Below, piece by piece: positions 22,977 through 33,000 of a stretch of DNA of 64,000 nt. The stretch comes from Blastocladiella emersonii ATCC 22665. Taxonomy: Eukaryota > Fungi > Blastocladiomycota. Every line of letters starts with the position of its first letter. Within the stretch, counting starts at the first letter, position 1. A model generated the notes under the pieces. That model was not told the DNA's origin. It did not search any database and saw nothing but the letters and a program-made list of their open reading frames with translations. Location: assembly GCA_025594325.1 (NCBI GenBank), contig JANHCV010000005.1, positions 992,001 through 1,056,000 on the forward strand. The letters are read 5' to 3'. The position numbers and the translations under genes are program-made.

Positions 22977-23443
22977 CCCACAGCGCACCCACTCGAGCGG
23001 TCGCTGTTCGTCGTCTTGTGGGTGCCTCGCGCCGCGACCTGCTGTCGGCGCGCGCACGCGCATGGCGCGCCGCGACCTGCTGCCAGCGCGCCGGATATCG
23101 GACGGTCGCCGCGACCTGCTGTCGGCGCACCGGATATCAGGCGGCCATCGTCTCACAGCGCACCCACTCGAGCGGTCGCTGTTCGTCGTCTTGTGGGTGC
23201 CTTGCGCCGCGACCTGCTGTCGGCGCGCGCACCCGCACGGCGCGCCACGACCTGCTGCCGGCGCGCCGGATATCAGACGGTCGCCGCGACCTGCTGTCGG
23301 CGCACCGGATATCAGGCGGCCATCGTCTCACAGCGCACCCACTCAAGCGGTCGCTGTTCGTCGTCTTGTGGGTGCCTTGCGCCGCGACCTGCTGTCGGCG
23401 CGCGCACCCACACGGCGCGCCGCGACCTGCTGTCGGCGCGCCA
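22977..23443 (+). repeat. 175-bp tandem repeat (about 2.6 copies) in the retroelement 5' leader
   Basis: CAGCGCACCCACTC.AGCGGTCGCTGTTCG starts at 22981, 23156 and 23331; each unit has three CCGCGACCTGCTG sub-repeats. Confidence 0.9.
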
Positions 23444-23843
23444 GCTATCGCACTCGGTGACGTCGTCAATCCTGATTGGCGGTCGCAGGCACCCGTTCGT
23501 CGGGACCTCGGTCGCCGTGACGGTTTGTTCGCAGCGGGTCGCGCCAAGCGTCTGCCGTGGGTGGGTCGCGCCAAGCGCCCGCCATGGGTGTGTGTGTGTG
23601 CGTGCGTGTGCTGGGTGTGCGGAATCGCATGCGTGGGCTTGCAGCCACGCAGCGCGGGACGATTGGGCTGTGGGACAAGACGAGGCGGTGCTGCGCGACA
23701 CGAGGGCCCTTCATTCCTTTGCTTCCAAACCCGCTCACTCACTCTCCATCACCTCGCTCGTCCATAGTTCTCTGCATCGCCACCCTCCGGTACCGACCGG
23801 CTGCTCCGAGTGTTCACACTAGCAGGCCACAAGCACCTCCACC

Positions 23844-24687
23844 ATGACCACCGACACGGTCCCGTCGCTTGCCAACGAGGTTCGCGCTGAGTCTGAGAAG
23901 CGCGTCCTCATAGTCCCGACCGCCGACATGGTCCTCAAACACGCAGCCACCGCTACTGGGCTCCCCGCCAACCAGCTCACAGACGAGCACATCCGCCAGT
24001 CCCGCCAGGCCCTCGCGTCGTCCCTCATGGACGAGGCCGACGACGGCGAATTTGACATGATCCGCGACGGCATGACGCTCTTGGTCTGCTCGCCCGACGA
24101 TCTGCCCGAGATGCTCGAGTTCCTCATCCCGTTGCCACTGACCTCAACGTCGGAGACGGTCGAGCACCACTGCCAAGCTGTGCGCCAAGATCGTCGCCCA
24201 CTTTGGCAGCGACTCGTGGCCCATCGTTCGCCGCTTGTCATCGTCGCACAAGCCCTCGACCGGCGTCAACAAGCGCAAGAGCCGCGCTGACGACTCTGAC
24301 TCGTCGTCGGAGGACAAGGAGGAGCGCTCGTTGCGCTCATTGCGCTTGGGCAAGACCAAGGGTAACCGCTTCGGCACCCGCAAGGGGAAGAAGCAGAAGA
24401 CCGCGCCTGACGCGGGCGGCGCGTGCTCCTGGTGCAGTTTCGTCGCCGACCCGGATAAGGGCGAGCGCGGCCACTCGGAGATCTACTGCCCTGAGCGTCC
24501 GTGGGGTGAGTTCTCGGCCAAGGGACCCCGAAAGTGGCGCGGGTACGAGTCCGGCCCCGCCCTGCCCGGCTTCCATCCGTCCCAGCGACAGAAGCCAGGC
24601 TGGAACCCGGAAAAGTACGCGCCCTCGTCGTCGGGCCAGCCGTTGCTGTCGTCCTCGTCGTCGGGAAACAGGCGTCGGGAGCAGTAG
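23844..24687 (+). pseudogene. gag of the copia element (frame lesion near 24170; zinc knuckle at 24424-24489)
   Basis: ATG 23844; the codon-biased frame switches near 24170; basic region, then CSWC-x12-H-x4-C; TAG at 24685-24687. Confidence 0.75.
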
Positions 24688-27600
24688 GTGCCGCGCCTTG
24701 TCTGGTTACTGCTCCCCGACCTCCACCATTGCCACCCGACCCCGAGACCATGTACCTCGCTGTCCCCGCCGCCGCCGCTTTGGGCCCGTCCCCCGTGGCG
24801 GCTCCTGCGGGCAAGCTGGCCCCGCTTGAACCCGAGGCCATGCTCATCAACATCACGCCGGCGCCGCCGCAGGACTCGCGTCCCGCGCGATTGTTGGCAC
24901 CCGCCGCGTCTCCGCCACAGTCTGCATCGCGCGGCCGCTCGCGACCCCGCTCTTGTTCCCGCTCGTGTTCTTGCACCCGCCGACGCCCTCAACCAGCCGT
25001 TGTGCACCTCGTCGCCTCTCGGCCCTGCAAGGTCAAGCACTTCCTTGACCCAAAGTGCCTCGACGAGAAGCTTGTCCGCTTCTGTGGCCTCAAGCGGGTG
25101 CTCCTCGTCGGCGACTCGGGCGCGTCCAACACGATGACGCCTGACCTTCGGCACCTGCACAACGTGCGCCTGCTGCGCACCCCAGTCAAGATCCGCGCCG
25201 CGTCGGGCGAGTTCGTCACCTGCACCCACACAGGCGAGATGGTGCTCATGTGCAACACCGTCGAGGGCAGCGCCGTGTGGATCAAGTTTGTGAACGTCTT
25301 CTACGTGCCCAAGCTCGTCATCCCAATCGTGTCGCTCGGCGTGCTCACGGCCGCCGGCAGCGGGTTCAAGGTTGAGATGGGTGAGGGCGCCGTGTCCATT
25401 ATTGCGCGCGACCCGCTGTCGACCTCGTGGGACGGCTGCGTCACCCACAAGATCTCGCTTGAGAAGGCCGGCAAGGTGCCGCTCCTCAACGCCCGCGTCG
25501 TCACCAACGCGCGCGTCCGGCACCCAGCCAACATTGTCATGGACCCGTCTGTCCTTCTCGGCATCGCGTTGTTGGGCACCTTCTCCGCGGTCGCGCCCGT
25601 CATCAACCCACACTTTGCCGACCCTGTACGCGCTGACCTCAATGGTGTGCGCTTGGGTGGCTACCTTGACTATCTCGCCGCCACTTTTGAGAAGTACGAC
25701 CCGCCGCCCAGCCTCAACGAGCGCGTGTTTGTCACCCTCGTTGACTCGTTCCTCGCCGACTCAACGCTCCTGCCCAACCCGCCGCCTGTCGTTGGGGGAG
25801 CTGGCTCGTCGGTCACCGCCAACTCCTCGCTTGCCATCAGGGGAGCCAACTCGTCGCGCCTGCCGTCCGCCGCCGACGTCGGGGGAGCGGACGTGCGTGG
25901 TGATTCTCTGCGTCGTGTCCTGTCGCTCGCGCTCGCCGTTCTCGCCAAAACGGGGGGAGAGAGCACGGACCCGACCCTGGCGCCTGGCACCGGCAAAAGC
26001 GCATCGTCTCCGACTCCGGCTTCCGCCGCAGCCGCCGCCGCCGCCGGTGCATCGTCCTCGTCATCGACCAGTCCTCGTCACTTGTTCTCGAGAACCGAGG
26101 CCAAGGCTGTCATTTCGGCTGCACTGGCTCACGTTTGGTTTGACCACGCCGGCCGCGACGCGCTGCTCAAGCTGTTCGACCCTCTGTACGGCCTCGTCAA
26201 CAAGCACCAGCGCCATCTTGCCGACACGACGCTTGACAATCTCTGCGTGATCTGCGCGTGCTTGAAGGCGCAGTTTGAGTCGTTCCCGTTGACAGACAAC
26301 ACGTCCAAGGTCCCGCTCAAGCTCCTGCAGGTCAACCTCGCCGTCCTCGAGCGCGTGCCGTCGCTCACGCATGGGTACCGGTTCGCCATGATTGTGCACG
26401 ACGACTTCTCCAAGTTCAGCTGGGTCGTGCCGCTCCGCACCAAGGCCAACGCCGCCAGCAAGCTGCGCGAGCGCATCGCCCACATCGAGAAGAACCTGTC
26501 GCACCAGGTCAAGCGCCTCCGTCTCGACGGCAAGGGCGCGTTCACCAGCACTGACTTCATTGAGTGGTGCAACCAGACGGGCATCACGCTCAAGCCCACG
26601 GCGCCCGGCCACTACAAGGGCAACGGCTTGGTCGAGCGCCTGATCTGCACGCTCAACAAGCGCGTCTGCGCCTACCTCCAGCACGTTGACTGCGACCTGG
26701 AAGGGTACACCAAGGATCGCGATGCAGCACGCGAATTACGTGTTCGTGCGCACGCCGCGCGCCGGCCTCAAGTGGAAGACGCTGTACGAGATCCTCACGG
26801 GTCGCGTGCCGAAGCTTGCCAACGTCTGCGCGTGGGGCGTGACCGTGTACGCACCGCCGCGGCACGGCACGCACGTCAACAAGCTGCAGCCCACGGCGCG
26901 CCCGTACATCTTCCTCGGCCACGGCGACGACAAGGCCAAGACCCACATTTTGCTCAATTTGTGCACGCGGCGCATTGTGCGCGTCTGTCTTGCCATCTTC
27001 GACAAGCGCGCCCTTGTCAAGCGCGCCATGTCCAGCGCCAAGGCGTTCCACCGCCTGTTCAAGGACTACGACACGCAGCACGTCGAGGACGATGGCGCTC
27101 GCCGCCTCGCTGACGACGACGACTACGCTCCGCCGCCGCCGCTCGCTGACGACCAGGGCAACAAGCGGTACGGCGACAAGGAGGAGCTCGACGACCGGTT
27201 CTTCAAGCAGTACCGCCCGCTTCCCATGCCCAAGCAGTCGTCGCCCGAGTCGACCACGCCGCCGACGCCCGAGTCGGCCCCTGATCCTCGCGTCGACCTG
27301 CCGGCACCCGAGTCGGTTCCCGCTCCTCGCTCCGTTTCGCCGACGCCCAAGTCGGATTCGGAGGACGACGACAACGCCGTGGACGAGCTCGAGCACAAGG
27401 AGTTTGACGGCCTTGTCTACAACCCCAAGACAAACAGCTTCGAACCACGTCATGTCCCGGTGACAACGAGCCGCGGTCGGCCCACCGCGCGGCGCCAGGC
27501 CAACGTCGCACTGCCCAAGAACTACGCGCTTGTGACGCTGTTCCGCAGCCCGTGCGAGTCCACGGCCGTCAACCGCAAGCTGCGCAAGGTCGCCAAGGAC

Positions 27601-29454
27601 CAGGCCATGACCGCCCAGGCCCAGAAGCCGTCGGGTGACGCCGCCGCCGTTGCTGCTCCCGCTCATCCACTCGATCCAACTGCCGTGCTCCGCGACGCCG
27701 TCAATGCGGCCCCGCTGGCGCACCTACCGTGGCGACTGACGCAGCAGCCATTCCAGTCGATCGTCCTCACAATCATCAACGTTCCACGCAACTACCGCAA
27801 GGCGTGTCGATCAGCGCACCACGAACAGTGGCGCAAGGCGCAGAACACGGAGCTCATGGTGCTCATCAAGAACAGCACCTGGATCGTGATCAAGAAGCAC
27901 AAGGTCCCTGCCGACGCGCGCATCATTGGCTCGCAGTGGGTGTACGCACATAAGGCCGCCAAGGACATCTTCAAGGCGCGCCTTGTCGCTTGAGGAGACC
28001 AGCAGCGCGCCGGCCTTGACGTTGGGAACTGCTACTCGCCCACGGTCTTGTACGCGTCGATCCGCACCTTCTTCGCCGTCGCCGCGTTGCGCAGGTGGCG
28101 TATCCACTCGATGGACGTGTCAAATGCGTATGTGCACGCCGAGCTGCCAAAGCCCGCGTACATGTACCCGCCGCCAGGCGTCGGCGCCGCTCCCAACAAC
28201 GTGTTCCTGCTCAAGAAGTCGCTCTACGGGCTCAAGAACGCTGGCCGCCAGTGGTTCCTCCTCTTTTCGCGCGAGGTCGAGAAGCTCAGGTTCAAGAGCA
28301 CCACGGCCAACCCGTGCGTGTTCACGCGTATGCTCAACGGCGTCGTGACCAACATTGTGTGCTACGTCGACGACCTCCTCATCGGTGGAGACAACAAGCA
28401 GCAGGTCGAGCGCGTCAAGATCGACCTCGCCAAGGTCTTCGCCATCAAGGACCTCGGTCTCGCCGACTCGTTTTTGAACCTGGAAATCGCGCAGCACGAG
28501 GACTACATCTGGATTGGCCAGTCGCGGTACATCAAGGGCCTCGTCGAGCAGTGGGAGCTCGAGCCCTCAAACGTGTCGGTACCCATCTCGCAGCTGCCCG
28601 ACTCGGGGCTCACCAACTCCATGGTCGCGTCGCTCGGGCTCAAGGGCGGCGTCCCGAACCCCGGCGACAAGAACGACAAGGAGTACGACAAGTCGCAGGT
28701 CGAAGCGACTTGATCGACCAGCACGCTTGACGCCGATCGTACGCGCGAGTACCAGTCGGTCCTCGGCGCCCTGCTGCACCTCGCCACCGTGTCGCGACCC
28801 AATATCTCGTTCGCGGTCGGCGTCGCGTCCCGCCGCGCGTCATGCCCCACGTTCGCCGACCGCAAGCTGCTCGCCCAGATCTCGCGCTACGTGTCCAACA
28901 CGCCCAAGCTCGGCCTCAAGTACGTGCGCGGCGCCCCGATCAGCGAGTCGCTGCGCTGCTACGCTGACGCCGACTACGCTGGCGACAAGGCGACGTGCCG
29001 CTCGACCACGGGTGTCGTCATCTCGATCGCGGGCGCCGCCGTCGCGTGGATCTCCAAGCGGCAACCATGGGTCGCCCTGTCCACGGTCGAGTCGGGACTC
29101 AACGCCGCCACCAAGGCGACACGCGAGATCATCTGGATCAAGGACCTCCTTGAGCAGATGACGCACACCGAGATCGGCACGCCGGTGCTGCTCGAGGACA
29201 ACCAGCCGCTGATCGCCGTGACCGAGTCCAAGGCCGTGTGTCGCTCCATCAAGCACATCACGGTGCGCATCGAGTTCCTGCGCAACAAGGTCAACCGCAA
29301 CGAGATCGTGCTCCAGAAGGTCGCGTCGGCGCTCAACCTCGCCGACTTCTTCACCAAGCCCACCACGCACAGCGAGTCGTTCGAGTGGGCCGTCTCTGGC
29401 CTCGGCCTCGTCCCGCGCCCGCTCGTCACGGACCAGAACAACGCCAAGGTGTGA
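24663..29454 (+). pseudogene. pol of the copia element (PR, IN, RT, RNase H) in the -1 frame relative to gag
   Basis: PR DSGASN; IN DDFSKFSW, RLRLDG, NGLVER; RT KARLVA, MDVSNAY, LKKSLYGLK, YVDDLLI; RH YADADYAG, EDNQ, ADFFTKP. Frameshift near 26700; in-frame TGA at 27991-27993 and 28711-28713. Confidence 0.95.
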
Positions 29455-29484
29455 GCTCCTCCCCCTGACCGGCGATCGGGGGAG

Positions 29485-29807
29485 AGTTCAAGTGTACACG
29501 CACACGCGGGGACCGAGTGCGAGACGCGTCTCGGACCAGCCGCGCGTGATGCACGTGAGAATCGCGTCATCCCGACCACTTGTTCTGTTTTGATCGCCGC
29601 CGCGGGGGAGCGGCCGCCCGCCCGACCGTCGCACCGCTCACCTCGACCGGTCGTCCCCGCTTCCCCCCTCCTCTTTTGTTCCTGTGATTGTTCAGTTGCT
29701 AGTCTAGCCGTCGTCGATACATTCTGTTCCTCTCTGTATCGTCACGGCTGCGCATCCAGCTTAGCTTCCACCTCCCTGTCAAGTACGCTACTCTGTTTCC
29801 TTCTATA
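29485..29807 (+). repeat. 3' LTR (323 bp)
   Basis: Follows the PPT and is followed by TSD ATGTT. Confidence 0.97.
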
Positions 29808-30260
29808 ATGTTCATTTGAAATTTATGCACCTGCATTTTGTTCCCATGCACGCTGATTGTGATTCTTAAGTCGCGCCTAGTACCCAGCGACGCATTCGAC
29901 AGCTCGGAGCGCGAGATAGCTTTCAGCACGATCGTGAGACGGGTTCGAGGCGCGACCCTCGAGTGCGAAGGCGAGGTCGGCTCAGGCGACATCGATCAAT
30001 CCAAACTCGTTGCGCAGGCCGAGTCGGTAGACATTGACTTTTCACGTAGTCCTTGAACGCAGTGTATCGCACTACAATTTGGGCAGAACTCGAAACACTT
30101 CTGACGCGTTGCGGGTGGAAACCCCGTCAGGCGCGCGAGACACCGGCGATGAGAGACGCGATGCGCAATCATGTGATGTGATGTTTGAAACAATCGGATC
30201 GAGCGTTTGAAATCGGCTTCGGGGGACTCGGACGGTTCGCGCTCTCCACTCCACCCCAAC

Positions 30261-32577
30261 ATGAAGCGTAAACCCCCTACCATGAAGCAAAACTCGGTGC
30301 AACGCACCAATGATACCGACATCGTCCCGATCGCTGGCGGTGGCGACCCGGGCTCGCAGTTCAGCTTTGGCGACATCCCGGCCGAAGTGCTCAGTGTCGT
30401 CTTGCAGCTTTCGAACCCGCGCGATTGCCTCTCCACCGCGACCCGCGAGCTTCAGCGGATCGCCGCCGATGACGAGGTTGCGCGCGTCTGGGATCGCCGC
30501 CGCCTGACCCCGTGGCTTCGTGGTGGGACCAAGTATATCGTGACCTGCCGAATGACGCGACATCTCACCGATCTCGACTGGTACTTGAAGCGTGTCAAAT
30601 CAGGCACCTCGGACCATCCGAACCTCAACTTTTTCAAGGCGGCATCGCGCGCCTTTCTCGATCTCATGACGCCGAAACTACTTCATGCGTACACGTCCGC
30701 TGAAACTTCGTACGCACAGGGCTCATCAGCGACGTGGCTCGCGGCGTACGGCTACGAGCGCGACCTCAATTGGAGTGCTCGCGGTTACGACGAGGAGCCC
30801 GTGCCGTCCTGCCTCGAATCCCCCATCTTCTCGCAGCTCCAGCTTCTCTTTTTTGCCATCGCCAGCGGTAGTGCGACGGCGGCGTGCTCGCTCCTCAGGG
30901 ACACGCTCATGCGGGCGCCCGAACTTCTCCAGACCAAGCGGAACAACTGGTTCTTGGTCCCCTGCGCTCCACTCACCTCGTGGTACGCCGACTTCCTACA
31001 CTTTGGGCAAACCATGCGCCTGGTCGACTACCTCTAGCTTATCTCTGTTCTCGGCTGGCATTCCGAGCTTCTCGAGGGTCTTGACGAGTCGGGGCTTTCT
31101 GTCGATGATCGAGTTCTCCGTGACGTGTGCAATTCAACTATCGATCTGGTGGACTTCTTTTCGAGGCACTTCCCGAAGGACGCCCAAGCTGCCACGAACG
31201 TCGCGCGTACACTCGACTGGCTGTTCCAGTCCGCCCCGCTGCTTGCCGAGCAGGTAGTAGCGTCGGACCTTTTGACTTGCCTCATGCGGCCACACATGTG
31301 CGATGCTCTTGTTTACGCCTCCAAGCATCACGCGAACAAACTGCTGGCCAACACGACGCCCGACATTCGTGCCCGAATCCTTGTCTTGGGCCTTCGGAGC
31401 AACAATGGCGCGAGTCTACTTGACGTATTTGAGGCCAACGGATATCTCGACTTGCACACGCTTGGGCTTCTTCTGGCACGGATCCTCGGCGCGCCAAACG
31501 ATCACTACCTCCGAGGGTTCAAGGACGAGGTGATCAAGCGCGCTGGTACTTCGCTCTCGAGCGTGGTCTTTATCGGTGCCATTACTCCACGGCCACGGAC
31601 GAACGGGAAGATCAAACGCTAACTCATACTCGATCCCTAGCCTTTAGCGCCGTTCTTTTCTCTCGGTCGCCTGGTGCGACCGCTGCGCGGTCGGTCTTCG
31701 AGTTTGCGCTTGATCACTTGCACGACGAGTCTCCAGAGCTTGTATTAGACAAGTTTGCGACGTGCATCCGCACGGGTCGCGATCCGCTTGACGCGAAGCA
31801 GCTCGACCCTCATGACTTTCCACAGAAACGCTTTGATGCCTTCTTTGCCGAACCGACCAACGCGAACGTGCTGCAGCTCTTCTCACTCGCCACGTCCATA
31901 ATTGCCGAGTCTCCCGAAAAGCGTTGCAAGAGCTACGCGTCCGCCCACTGGGTCATTGTCGCTGCATTCAAGACCCTGCGACGCGCGCTAACGCGACTCG
32001 TCAAGTCCGCGAGCAGCCGGGTCTCGCCGCGAAGCTCTTCGGAATCATGATCGAGGCGCAGCTTGCCATCGGTTGGTGCGATGCCCGCGCTGCCCTTATC
32101 ATTGACGCCGACGGGACCCAAACTTGCGATCGCTGTACGCTTTCGGGCCAGGCGCCGTGGTTCGCGACACTGGACGAGCTTATGGAAATGAGCGGCGGCC
32201 TCGCTCAGCTTCCCAACTTTGCCAAGAAGTCGCTCTTCAACGCGTACGGCCGCGAGTGCTGGTCGGTGCGCGACATTCGCCCCAACAAGCGCACGCATGA
32301 CGAGTGTGTCGCGCACCACGTCGATTTCGCCGCGCGCGGGCTGTTCCGGCGCCTGATTGTTGCCGACCTCGACGTGTTCCTGACTATTCTGACGCAGGAC
32401 AGCAAGTGCATGGACAAATCCGGCTTCTGGGAGCTCGTCCCCAACGGCGCACTCGATGCTGTCCGCGACGCGGCGTGGATCCAGCGTACTCTCGCAGGGT
32501 GCAAGCGCGCATCGACCTGCATCGAGCAGTTGAAACGCGTCGCGCCGGCTGGGTCCGCCCAGCAGTCCTCTTCGTAG
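30261..32577 (+). pseudogene. F-box-like family copy 4; intron 31576-31640
   Basis: FGDIPAEVLSVVLQLSNPRD; in-frame TAG at 31035-31037 where paralogs read YLA; exon 2 starts AFSAV; 1-nt frameshift near 31970. Confidence 0.7.
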
Positions 32578-33000
32578 GTATGACGTTTTGGAGGTGTGGG
32601 CCTCTATTTGGTTGTTTTGCGTCACGTATCAGTACAACAAGGATTGTTTGTTACCAAACCAGAGTTTGCATTAGCATATGCTGCGTGAGGAACCATCGAC
32701 TAACACGGTCGGTGGCCCTACGAGACGCGTCACGATATCACGTGGGCGGCGTGAGACATGCGCTGATGCATGGCCGTCTCGTGACGAAGGATGATTCTAT
32801 TGCGTAGTAACTACGGCCTAACGTTGGGACCTGCGTCGATGCTGAGGAGCTGAACTGTGCACCGATGCGTCAATGGCCAAGAAGCTGGTCGCGACGTTGG
32901 CCATGATCGATCTGTGACCTCAAACCAGCGCGTCAGAAAGTTGGTTCGCAGAAAGTCGAGCCGGTACGAGAATATGAAGGAGGAGACGCGTAGAATATAT

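Larger units (their letters stand above)
22441..29807 (+). mobile_element. Ty1/copia LTR retrotransposon, full length (7367 bp), inactivated
   Basis: Two 323-bp LTRs, 5-bp TSD ATGTT (22436-22440 and 29808-29812), PBS, PPT GGGGGAG (29478-29484), domain order PR-IN-RT-RH. Confidence 0.97.

Noticed and set aside
22977-23443. CRISPR-like array
   Set aside because: Head-to-tail 175-bp units with no unique spacers, inside a eukaryotic retroelement.
24140-24190. Programmed +1 frameshift inside gag
   Set aside because: No recognisable slip or hungry-codon signal; the element has other lesions, so mutation or sequencing error is more likely.
24685-24687. Stop-codon readthrough at the gag TAG
   Set aside because: The frame after TAG (24688-25137) has no pol motifs; the protease is in the -1 frame.
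31035-31037. Recoded or read-through TAG in copy 4
   Set aside because: The same copy also has a frameshift near 31970 and no other TAG recoding is seen; a pseudogene lesion is simpler.
12576-32577. Two-gene operon-like pairs (A and B ORFs) in the array
   Set aside because: A conserved intron joins A and B in frame (or near-frame in decayed copy 3), so they are exons of one gene.
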